A DNA stretch of 34,183 nt. It comes from an uncultured Nitrososphaerota archaeon. GTDB taxonomy: Archaea; Thermoproteota; EX4484-205; JAAOZO01. Under the pieces are notes generated by a model. It was given only the letters and a program-made list of their open reading frames with translations. It had not been told where the DNA came from and ran no database searches. Positions 9,121 through 17,147 of the stretch are shown in pieces. The stretch is taken from positions 16,686 to 50,868 of the forward strand of contig CAYOYV010000012.1 in the NCBI GenBank assembly GCA_964408285.1, in the 5' to 3' direction. A program made the position numbers and the translations under genes. Positions within the stretch are counted from its first letter, which is position 1; the number at the start of each line of letters is the position of its first letter.

Positions 9121-9801
9121 TCACCCCGACAGAAGATCAACCACTTTTTCCGTGAGCCCATAGGTATGCGCCTCCTCCTCTATGAGTTTGAATGCCATCA
9201 TTGCCTTTTCCCTCACAACTGGATCAGAGGTCAACAACAGAACGACCCCATTTTGACCAACTATTATCCTCGACTTTATGGCCTGTTGGATCTTTGACAG
9301 CATAGAGCCTCCTCGCCCTATTGCTCTGGCAATCTTTGAAGGGTTGATTCTGATGAGAAAACCGGATTCGACTTCGCCCAAATCTTGCCCGCGGATGGTG
9401 AGCAAGGGATCTTGGGTTCTATCGAACGCTACTATTTCCGCCTTAATCACGCTTCCTATCTGAAACTTCCTCAGAGGGTCGTCCTTCGTTGGGTCGAACC
9501 GCCTTCCGAAGACATCCGCAGCTGGTAAAATGCCGGGATATGGAGAGTCTATGTCGAGCTTCCACATGTTGTATGTAACCTCTGTCACAATGCCTATAAC
9601 AAGATCCTTTTCCCTAGGCATGTAGAACCCCTTTAGAGGTATCACACTGACACGCTCTGGTTCCCTTCTGGGTATCCCTATTCTAGTTGCAACTATTGAA
9701 CCCTCAATCCTCAATGTATTATCGCCGGCCCTATATCCTTCGGAAGCTATGATCTCCCCCGGTATCACTATTGGCATCGTCTTGTCTTCCATTTCCAACA
9801 T
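9121..9801 (-). CDS. rrp4: Exosome RNA-binding subunit Rrp4 (S1 + KH)
   Basis: VIPGE, VIPL.G.Y.P..KD.VIG, IGRGGSM (KH GxxG), VGQNG. The start may be one of the next Met codons. Confidence 0.95.
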   Translation of the reverse strand: MLEMEDKTMPIVIPGEIIASEGYRAGDNTLRIEGSIVATRIGIPRREPERVSVIPLKGFYMPREKDLVIGIVTEVTYNMWKLDIDSPYPGILPAADVFGRRFDPTKDDPLRKFQIGSVIKAEIVAFDRTQDPLLTIRGQDLGEVESGFLIRINPSKIARAIGRGGSMLSKIQQAIKSRIIVGQNGVVLLLTSDPVVREKAMMAFKLIEEEAHTYGLTEKVVDLLSG

Positions 9802-9830
9802 CTTGCACCTTTATGCATCGACTCAGGTAG

Positions 9831-10517
9831 CTAAATCAACGATACTTTAACCTTTTCACCGAACCGCTTGGCTATTTTCTGGGCGGTGATTGACCTAGCG
9901 ACCTCCGGAACTTTAACAGCCATGGTCATGAAGTCTCCCTTTCTGGAGGGGGCTCTAGATATATCTCCAAATGCATCCAAGAATCCAGAAACCGGGGCAA
10001 ATAACTCCGGCGGAAAAACCAACTCTATTTCGGCCTCCTTGAGCTTGAGTGGGATTATCTTCTTCAGCTCCCTCAAGGCAGGTCTAAGTTGCTCCTCGGG
10101 TTCCTTGAACGGGTCCACTTGCAATGAAATGGTCTCAAAGGCCTGCTCGATCCTTAGCAACGGTATAGGATAATTGGTCTTTGGATCAAAAGCGATTTTC
10201 GATATGATGTTCATTATGGCTCTCCTCTTCTCTTCTGTCAATCGCTTTCTAAGAGCCGCAGGGATCTGAAGTTCTCCTTCGTCAACAATCTTCTTAGCAA
10301 CTTGGTAGGTCTCCTTTGTTGCGAAGGATTTCGTGAGAAGTTCGTTTGAGGCGCGCTCTCCCTTTCTGTAGTCCTTCCAAATCTGATCTATCTTGAGTAT
10401 CTTCTCGGTCCAAGGTATTCTCTTAAGCTTGTAGTTCAATGCCCGCTCGGCGTCAATCAGTACCTCAAATCTGTTTCCTTTTATGACTAGTCTGGCTATC
10501 GACTCCTTCTCTGACAT
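9831..10517 (-). CDS. sdo1: Ribosome maturation factor SBDS/Sdo1
   Basis: ARL...G.RFEVL, D.RKGERAS, GELQ, DPKT..P.P..RIE.A, VDPFK. Start moved to ATG 10517 (MSEKES), 10 nt after the psmA stop. Confidence 0.93.
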   Translation of the reverse strand: MSEKESIARLVIKGNRFEVLIDAERALNYKLKRIPWTEKILKIDQIWKDYRKGERASNELLTKSFATKETYQVAKKIVDEGELQIPAALRKRLTEEKRRAIMNIISKIAFDPKTNYPIPLLRIEQAFETISLQVDPFKEPEEQLRPALRELKKIIPLKLKEAEIELVFPPELFAPVSGFLDAFGDISRAPSRKGDFMTMAVKVPEVARSITAQKIAKRFGEKVKVSLI

Positions 10518-10527
10518 CCTAAAAGTC

Positions 10528-11253
10528 TCACCGGGCCTGAGATGCCTTGTTGAATATCTCACTCACTTCTGACTCTTCAGCCATGACGAGCTTTCGATCT
10601 TTGGCATCCGCATAAGCCATCCTTATGATCTCTGCCGAGGCATCTGCCTTGTTACTTCCTATTAGGCCCCGGGTAGCCAGCTCCTTTAGGGATTCCAGAC
10701 TTAGCGACTTGTTGTATAGGGTCTTAGTTGTCTCTATCGCCTCGTTCCTATTAACGCCGGCGGCAGTCAAGAAGTATTTGTTGTACACGCCAGCCGGATC
10801 GATTTGGTAGATGGCCGGTCCGAGAAGGTCGACCCCACCTATTATGAGCGAAACCCCAAAGGGTCTCACGCCTGCATTTTGAGTATACGTCTGAATGATG
10901 TCACTGAGTCTCCTAGCCAGATAGTCCAAGTCGATTGGCTCTTCATACAGCAACCTGTTGACCTGAGCCTCTTGTCTCGCAATGTCGACGAGCATCCTTG
11001 CATCGGATGTGAATCCTGCTACCACTGTAGCCACATGCTCATCGATCAAGAATATCTTGTGACTGAATCTTCTGTCCTGCAAGGCATCCGTCTTCTTCTC
11101 AATTCCTCCCAAGACAATGCCGTTTTCTGAGCTCACGCCGAAGGCAGTGGGGCTGTTATTCACCATTACCATTGCATAGTCTACTTGGAAAAGCCTGCCG
11201 TCTGGCGAGAATACCGTTATAGCCCTATCGTATCCCAAACCACCTGGCAACAA
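10528..11253 (-). CDS. psmA: Proteasome alpha subunit
   Basis: GYDRAITVFSPDGRLFQVDYA, KIF.ID.H, SDAR.L, YTQNAGVRPFGVSLIIGG, DPAG. Start placed at TTG 11253 (or 11250) from promoter spacing. Confidence 0.96.
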   Translation of the reverse strand: MLPGGLGYDRAITVFSPDGRLFQVDYAMVMVNNSPTAFGVSSENGIVLGGIEKKTDALQDRRFSHKIFLIDEHVATVVAGFTSDARMLVDIARQEAQVNRLLYEEPIDLDYLARRLSDIIQTYTQNAGVRPFGVSLIIGGVDLLGPAIYQIDPAGVYNKYFLTAAGVNRNEAIETTKTLYNKSLSLESLKELATRGLIGSNKADASAEIIRMAYADAKDRKLVMAEESEVSEIFNKASQAR

Positions 11254-11283
11254 TTCTATGTCTAGATTCTGGCGAATGAGGAT

Positions 11284-11299
11284 TTGATAAACCTTTTCC
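11284..11299 (-). promoter_or_regulatory. BRE/TATA promoter of the proteasome-exosome superoperon
   Basis: GGAAAAGGTTTATCAA on the minus strand, about 30 nt before the psmA TTG. Confidence 0.6.
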
Positions 11300-11400
11300 A
11301 TATTAGTCCGTGATGACTCAGCCAAAGTCAACCCTGCAATCCCAATTAATCAGGTCTGGGAACCGCTCTTTGAACGCATCATCACTGAATCCCAATGGAG

Positions 11401-11447
11401 GGAACGCAACTCACAGCGATATGGTTGTAAGTTACGCATTCCATCGC
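11401..11447 (-). other. Strand-specific RNA hairpin with possible pseudoknot
   Basis: Minus-strand GCGUAACUUACA (11437-11426) pairs with UGUGAGUUGCGU (11415-11404): 12 bp with 3 G-U pairs. The loop ACCAUAUCGC is complementary to upstream GCGAU(GG). Confidence 0.5.
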
Positions 11448-11465
11448 CCGGGAGTCACAATAGTA

Positions 11466-12593
11466 TCAATGTGGAAGATTCCTGATAAGATTGGCAACAG
11501 CGATTCCAACAGATGATTCCATTGCCCCCCCTCCCATCAAGGCCTCCTCGCCAGCCAATCTTTCACACTCTTCAATGGCCAAATTGTGATCGAGCCTCTT
11601 GGGGATGGAGCCTGATAGCCTTCTGAAATTCTCGCAATATATCTTCTCCAAGACTTGCGTGGGCAGGTTCAGACCCTGTAATGGTTTACGCGCTCCTGCA
11701 TCAAGTAAGCTGTCTGATTCGTATGGAGCATAGAACACAGCATCTGTCTCTAGGAATTTCCTAATTATCCAAACTCGAGCGAGAGCACTTTCAATGCTCT
11801 GATCGCTACTTATATCGGTGCCGAACAGAATCTTGTCTTGATACTTCATGAAGAACTCGCGCCATTTGTCTCGGCCGGCCGAGAAATTGTGGTACATCTC
11901 TATGCCGGGCGTTATGTCGAGCGATGCACATGAATGATTTTCGATGAATTCAGCTGCAGCCTCTGGACTGCCTGAAAGGAAGTAGAAATGTGCGAAAATG
12001 ACCCTTAAGTCAGGGTGGCTGTCAAGAACGTGTCCGACTTCTTCATACAACTGCTGCTTTGAAGGGAACGTCGAGTCGTAAAACCACCCACTTCGCTTGG
12101 CCCAACTTGGTACCGCGTTCGGATCCCAGAATTCCTCCGGGTCCGCGACGTGGAAGAGGAGTGGCAGGCGCCTTTCTTCAAGGCGTTGGAAATAGTCCTC
12201 GAAGAACGGATCGTCAAACTTGATGCCCAAGGCCCTTCTTGAATCAGGCTTTCCCTCGACCATCTTAATCCCATCGAATCCAATTCGCTCGAGATTGTCG
12301 ACCTGATCTGAAAGGTGGGGCGTTCCGCCGCCTCTGAGCACTGCATAGTAATCGAGTCCTCCGAAAGCATAGAACATTTCAGGATGTAGCGCCTTCAATG
12401 CAATGGCCTCTGGATTCAGATTAGGAGCCTTTTCTTCATCGAAACGGGTACTGGCTAAACTCAGCAATGTGATTCTGTGGAAATCAGCAGCACCTAGAAT
12501 ATCAAGGACATTCTTCATGCTTCCAAGCTGTCCGAAATGCACATGGCAATCTATCAAGGGGATTTTTGCAAAATCACCTAAGTCCACAACCAT
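11466..12593 (-). CDS. Amidohydrolase_2 family metallo-hydrolase/decarboxylase
   Basis: IDCHVH, GIKM, FHVADP, AHF and FGTD metal-binding motifs. Confidence 0.88.
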   Translation of the reverse strand: MVVDLGDFAKIPLIDCHVHFGQLGSMKNVLDILGAADFHRITLLSLASTRFDEEKAPNLNPEAIALKALHPEMFYAFGGLDYYAVLRGGGTPHLSDQVDNLERIGFDGIKMVEGKPDSRRALGIKFDDPFFEDYFQRLEERRLPLLFHVADPEEFWDPNAVPSWAKRSGWFYDSTFPSKQQLYEEVGHVLDSHPDLRVIFAHFYFLSGSPEAAAEFIENHSCASLDITPGIEMYHNFSAGRDKWREFFMKYQDKILFGTDISSDQSIESALARVWIIRKFLETDAVFYAPYESDSLLDAGARKPLQGLNLPTQVLEKIYCENFRRLSGSIPKRLDHNLAIEECERLAGEEALMGGGAMESSVGIAVANLIRNLPH

Positions 12594-12622
12594 CCACGGT
12601 CTCCAATACTCACCACATTACA

Positions 12623-13786
12623 CTATTTAATGATGAAATCTTTGCCTGAAGAATCAACAAGCACTTTCCCGCTATTTTGGCAATTCTGGAGGTGCTTCCC
12701 ATATCTTACTCCTTCATCGAGCATAGCGAGGTAATTCCTAACAGGAATATAATTAGCAACACTATTTCCAGAGCCGAGGGCGTAGCCTCCTCCCGGGGCA
12801 CATTTTTCTATGATTTTCCTGACGTAGCTTCTTAATCCGGCCTCTGGCAACTGAACAAGCTTGTCCACATCAACTCCTCCCAATATGGAAATCCTGTCGC
12901 CGTACTTCTCTTTGGCCTGAATTACCGGCAATATTGCGTCCTCGTAGGAGTGCTTGGCATCTATCCTCACGTCCTCAATCAGATCATCCATAACTGTCCT
13001 TTGTGTTTTATCCTGCACATAGAGATTTCCACACGAATGGAGTATAAATGGTAGGCCGTTGTTGTGGGCCAATGCCACAATTCTCCTGTACCATGGGAAG
13101 ACATATCTGCGCAGGGATTCCGGTGGAATAAATGTGCCATTCCTATATCCGAGGTCATCTCCCATCCTCAGCGCCCCAACATAGCCTCTCTCCACTATCT
13201 TCTTATCTATGGCCAGGATTATGGATCCTACAGTCTCAAACATCCTTTCGATGAGAAGCCTGTCTGTATATAGAGTTCTGCAGGCATTCGCCAATCCCAT
13301 AAGCCAACTCACATGTTCGAATACGCCTCCTCCCACGCCCCCGACTACCTTCATATCCTCAGGAAGCTGCCTGGTCAGAATTTCAAAATTCATCAGATCG
13401 GCGGCGTCATCTGGATCAGGCCACGGGTACTCTTCGAAGTCCTCCAATGTTTCGATGGTTCCCCTTGTTTCATCTCTCCAAGTTCTGAGACCCCTTGACA
13501 AGTACGCAGTATCCTTTGTCTCAAGAACATTGCTCCTCGGGAATTTGAGAGGAACCTCGAACGGAACATAGTCGAACCCGAGTCCCACATAGAAATCCAC
13601 CAGAACTTGGAAATAGGTTCGCATGCCTTGCTCGCCCAAAGCAGATATTCTTGTGATCGGTTTACGACTTATTGCCTCTATGATTTCAGGGTCTGCGAAA
13701 TGCTCGTAGAATGGCAGTATGTCGGGCTCTCGTTCTCTTAGCAAGACATCCAGGAGTCTCTGAAAATCTGGAGGGCCGTGGCTCAT
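12623..13786 (-). CDS. Uroporphyrinogen decarboxylase/MtaA-like family protein (paralog 1)
   Basis: EPD..P, YPWPD, GVFE...LMG, GDDLG, LHSCGN, GGVDV, APGGGYALGSGNSV. Confidence 0.88.
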   Translation of the reverse strand: MSHGPPDFQRLLDVLLREREPDILPFYEHFADPEIIEAISRKPITRISALGEQGMRTYFQVLVDFYVGLGFDYVPFEVPLKFPRSNVLETKDTAYLSRGLRTWRDETRGTIETLEDFEEYPWPDPDDAADLMNFEILTRQLPEDMKVVGGVGGGVFEHVSWLMGLANACRTLYTDRLLIERMFETVGSIILAIDKKIVERGYVGALRMGDDLGYRNGTFIPPESLRRYVFPWYRRIVALAHNNGLPFILHSCGNLYVQDKTQRTVMDDLIEDVRIDAKHSYEDAILPVIQAKEKYGDRISILGGVDVDKLVQLPEAGLRSYVRKIIEKCAPGGGYALGSGNSVANYIPVRNYLAMLDEGVRYGKHLQNCQNSGKVLVDSSGKDFIIK

Positions 13787-13885
13787 GTCTTTGGCGCTTT
13801 CTCTTTCACTTGTATTTAAGCAAAATCAGCTCGCCATTGTCGCCATGAGATAATGGAAATATAGGGCCTCGTGCTCTTTGTTATC

Positions 13886-14221
13886 ATGAAGGTATCGGTT
13901 AGGTTGGACGAGGTGAATGCTGTAGATTTCCCGGGAAGGCAGTTGAAGACTTTGTTGGAATCATCGACAGTGGGAAGCGTCGGATTCACCATGGGAGTTA
14001 TAAGATACTTGCCGGGCTGCGTCGTGGAACCTCATACTCATGACGATCAAGAGGGCATATATGTGATGAAAGGCAAAGGCAAGGCAAGAATAGGAGAAGA
14101 AGATATAGACCTTGGACCAGGGGTTGCATTCTATATCGCGAAAGGGGCAAGGCACTCGGTCAGAAACCCCTTTGATGAGCCCCTGGAAGTGGTCTTCTGC
14201 CATTGTCACCTCTGCGATTAA
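13886..14221 (+). CDS. Cupin domain protein
   Basis: PHTHDDQEGIYVMKGKG and GARH.V.N cupin motifs; ATG 13886 preferred over GTG 13871. Confidence 0.9.
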   Translation: MKVSVRLDEVNAVDFPGRQLKTLLESSTVGSVGFTMGVIRYLPGCVVEPHTHDDQEGIYVMKGKGKARIGEEDIDLGPGVAFYIAKGARHSVRNPFDEPLEVVFCHCHLCD

Positions 14222-14352
14222 GAATCAACATGTCCACATGAGCCGCTTGATCGACTGGGAAAAGTATCCCCTCCTGACAATCAAAGAAGGGCAAGTAGCT
14301 AAGCTATTCTATATACGGTACTTTTTTGTCAAATGCGCGTAGAAAGAGTTAA

Positions 14353-15276
14353 ATGCATTTGAGGACCCGGGTTGCCGAATTGTCAACACAGGCCGGACTT
14401 GCTGCTTCCAAAAGGCTGGGATCCTACTGCCAAGGCGTGAGAGTAAGAGACTGGACTGGATATCTTCTCATATCGGCATTGGGCTATTTCCTAGGTGCTA
14501 GCCTCATCGGCTGGACCGATTATATTACCTTTCTTACGGTCGTTGTCACTTCCAGTCTCTTTCTGGCATTCGCCTTTCTCATAAATAATTGCTACGACAT
14601 TAAGTCCGACGTTAATCAGAGCACTAAGCTCTCAAAGAATCCCATCGCCTCAGGAAAGATGAGCCAAGACGAAGGAATAGTGCTATCTTGTTGTCTTGCG
14701 GGACTAGGCCTCATAATCGCTCTCTCTGGATTAGATCTTCTATCCAAGGTTGTCTATGTATTTCTCATAACATGGGGCGGGACCTACTCCGTTCCGCCAG
14801 TGAGACTCAAGGGGGTGCCTGTGGTGGACGTGGTTTCTCATGGATTGGCCTTGGGATCTGGGTTATTCCTTTACGGTTTCCTAGCTGCTTCTGGCGGGAG
14901 CATGACACTACAAGGCTTTCTGGTGGCCATCTCGCTTTTCGTGTACTCGATGATTCTTGAGGTTAGGAATCATATATCGGATCTTGAGGCAGACCTGATT
15001 TCCAGCACAAGAACTACCGTCTGCTGGCTGGGAAAAAGGAAGAGCGAACAAATGTTATCATTATTGACCCTTTTGCACACTGGTGCTCTTTGCGCACTCG
15101 CGTATTTCACTTTCCAGTCATTTCTACTCTTTTTCGAATGCGTTCTCTTCGGGTCCGTTGTTGTCCTTCTCATTGGGGACAGCGACAATGGAAAAGGGGC
15201 GGACATGATGAGCACAATGATATATGGGCTGCCGGCAGTTTCGAAGGTATTGACACTTATTCTGAGCTTTCTATAG
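14353..15276 (+). CDS. UbiA family prenyltransferase
   Basis: NNCYDIKSD, NPIASG, YSVPPVRLK, NHISDLEAD; multiple TM helices. Confidence 0.9.
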   Translation: MHLRTRVAELSTQAGLAASKRLGSYCQGVRVRDWTGYLLISALGYFLGASLIGWTDYITFLTVVVTSSLFLAFAFLINNCYDIKSDVNQSTKLSKNPIASGKMSQDEGIVLSCCLAGLGLIIALSGLDLLSKVVYVFLITWGGTYSVPPVRLKGVPVVDVVSHGLALGSGLFLYGFLAASGGSMTLQGFLVAISLFVYSMILEVRNHISDLEADLISSTRTTVCWLGKRKSEQMLSLLTLLHTGALCALAYFTFQSFLLFFECVLFGSVVVLLIGDSDNGKGADMMSTMIYGLPAVSKVLTLILSFL

Positions 15277-15338
15277 AAGCGTAGGACGAGATGACGACTT
15301 AGCTCCGACCAGAGGAGCACGATCCCAAAGAGCAGCGC

Positions 15339-15350
15339 AGTACATGTACT
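15339..15350. repeat. Perfect 12-bp palindrome AGTACATGTACT between convergent genes
   Basis: Read directly; flanked by GAGCA/TGCTC arms. Confidence 0.45.
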
Positions 15351-15410
15351 AGTTTGATGCTCGACGAAATTTAGAATGAGCACATATTCACTTTGAGTCT
15401 CTTGTGTCGT

Positions 15411-15686
15411 TCATTCAAGGCGCTTTATTATATGATAGCCGAATTTCGTCTTCAATATCGGAGAAATCTGGCCTTTTTGAAGCGAAAAAGCTGCCAATTC
15501 AAATTCCCTGACCATTTGCCCCCTACCAAAAAACCCAAGGTCACCCCCACGCTTTGCAGAAGGGCATATTGAGGTCTCGTTGGCCAAGTTAGCAAACTTC
15601 TCGCCCTTTTGGATGCGCTCCAATGCTCGCTTCGCTTCCTGCTCTGTCTTGACTAGGATATGAGCGCAATGAATCCTGTCTGCCAT
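15411..15686 (-). CDS. ppiC: Parvulin-type peptidyl-prolyl isomerase (single domain)
   Basis: HILV, F..LA...S.CPS...[26 protein letters not shown]. Confidence 0.95.
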   Translation of the reverse strand: MADRIHCAHILVKTEQEAKRALERIQKGEKFANLANETSICPSAKRGGDLGFFGRGQMVREFELAAFSLQKGQISPILKTKFGYHIIKRLE

Positions 15687-15811
15687 GGCCGAACTCCCAG
15701 TTGGTCCATTTAAAATCCTTGTTCCTCTCCGGTTGTCAGAAACTCTGATTTAGAGCACCTCGATCTTAACGTGCCTCACCAATAGTAAAGCATAACTCGT
15801 CCGAATTCACC

Positions 15812-16666
15812 ATGATGCTGTGCATGTCTCTTCAGTTTGACATCATGCTTCCAACTACGCTTCTTGCAGTAACTTTGGCCACTGTTCTCCTTCACAACAA
15901 GTATGAATCGAGAGTCAAGAAGATGCTAGAAGAAAGGGAATTCAAAACCAGGGATGTAGTGGCGCTTGTGGCTGCAATTGGGCTAGCAGGAACTGTCGTC
16001 GCCTTATTGCCGGGCCAGGCAATCATGATTGTGTATCTTCTAGCGTACTCGCTTTTGCTTTTTCAATTCAGTTATGCTGTCTACCCCAAGTGGTACACAA
16101 GCATCCTGCCACCTGCCTTCTTCGTTTCCCTATATGTCTTGTTAGGAGATTCACCGTATTGGTCTCCGTTTGTTCTTGACATATTCGCGGCAATATTCGT
16201 GGTCCTCATATCGATTTACGTAAACAGCTTGTTCACGTGGAAGACCACAGCGATATTCGGAGTCCTGATAACGGCAATGGACATCATCCAAGTATTGTTG
16301 ACCAAATTCACTGTCGGGGCATTTGAAAAGACGATTGCGCTTAACTTGCCTGTTGCGATTCTGGTCCCCGTGATTCCGTTAATCTCCGTCAGCAGTCCAC
16401 CATTCCCAATATTCCCATACGCCTTCAGCGGATTGGGGCTGGGTGACTTCTTCTTCTCGGGCTTGCTGGCCATTCAGACAATGAAAAGATTCGGCGGGAA
16501 ATATGGTCTGATAACTGCATTATCAATCAGTGTGACCTTCTTTTTCATTGAGATGGTGACTATGACCTATGCGGCAGGATACTATCCCGCAACCGTCTTT
16601 ATCATCATCGGGTGGTTAATTCCAGTAATCTGGAGGACTCTATTCGCTCGCACGAAATCTCAATGA
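15812..16666 (+). CDS. Presenilin/signal-peptide-peptidase-like GxGD intramembrane aspartyl protease (A22)
   Basis: About 8-9 TM segments, AMD at the YD position, GLGLGDF, and YPAT at the PAL position. The start may be ATG 15824. Confidence 0.82.
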   Translation: MMLCMSLQFDIMLPTTLLAVTLATVLLHNKYESRVKKMLEEREFKTRDVVALVAAIGLAGTVVALLPGQAIMIVYLLAYSLLLFQFSYAVYPKWYTSILPPAFFVSLYVLLGDSPYWSPFVLDIFAAIFVVLISIYVNSLFTWKTTAIFGVLITAMDIIQVLLTKFTVGAFEKTIALNLPVAILVPVIPLISVSSPPFPIFPYAFSGLGLGDFFFSGLLAIQTMKRFGGKYGLITALSISVTFFFIEMVTMTYAAGYYPATVFIIIGWLIPVIWRTLFARTKSQ

Positions 16667-16856
16667 ACGCAGAAAGCAATGAGGTGTGCCCTTTAAAGAC
16701 GGTTGGTTACTATAAAACACTTTTAGGATCCGCGTTAGGTGATCTCAAGTCCCTGGCCTCTTAACAACGGGGTGCCGAAGACATCTAAGTCCCTCGTCTT
16801 TGAATGGAATCAGAAAGAAAAAATACTATATCACTATACGGTCATAAGCGGACCTA

Positions 16857-17015
16857 CTACCTCCTATGCTTCTGGTAACAGTCTCTACAATAGACTGGTC
16901 TACCTTCCGTTGGCTTGAACGGCACTTCCGCTTCCTTTCCGCAATCTGAGCAAGTTATCTTGTGCATTGTTCTAGGCCTGCCGTATCTTCCTGCGCTTTC
17001 TCCTTCACCACTCAT
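16857..17015 (-). CDS. CxxC-x17-CxxC zinc-finger small protein
   Basis: R.MHKITCSDCGKEAEVPFKPTEGRPVYCRDCY family signature; perfect SD GGAGGTGA 7 nt before ATG 17015. Confidence 0.93.
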   Translation of the reverse strand: MSGEGESAGRYGRPRTMHKITCSDCGKEAEVPFKPTEGRPVYCRDCYQKHRR

Positions 17016-17125
17016 ACTATTCTCACCTCCTTTTTCTGGTACAACATGAAAGTCCACTCCAGAAGTGAACCCCCGAACGTGAACTCATGGTGTGTGGCAA
17101 TCGTGGTTTTGGGGCCTTTTAAGGG
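17016..17125 (-). promoter_or_regulatory. Promoter and structured ~75-nt 5' leader of the CxxC-x17-CxxC gene
   Basis: CTTAAAAG TATA-like at ~17123-17116, 8-bp hairpin 17070-17052, outer CATGAG/TTCATG pairing, SD 17030-17023. Confidence 0.45.
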
Positions 17126-17147
17126 TATTCTCTCACTGTGGTTCGCC

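Noticed and set aside
11372-11450. Fluoride riboswitch or hammerhead ribozyme suggested by GGGCGATGG and GTGATGA
   Set aside because: No CGCC(C) to close the riboswitch P1, no CUGANGA/GAAA hammerhead core, and no fluoride-related gene downstream.
12623-12700. C-terminal ~25-aa extension of URO-D-like paralog 1 as a frameshift sign
   Set aside because: The domain is complete and the stop sits 29 nt before the next gene; no evidence of disruption.
16741-16795. Short direct repeat AAGTCCCT x2
   Set aside because: Only two 8-nt copies; not a CRISPR array or a convincing att site.
16828-16846. TATCAC-N6-GTCATA resembling the Thermococcales glycolytic motif
   Set aside because: Wrong spacing, one mismatch, and located between convergent gene ends.
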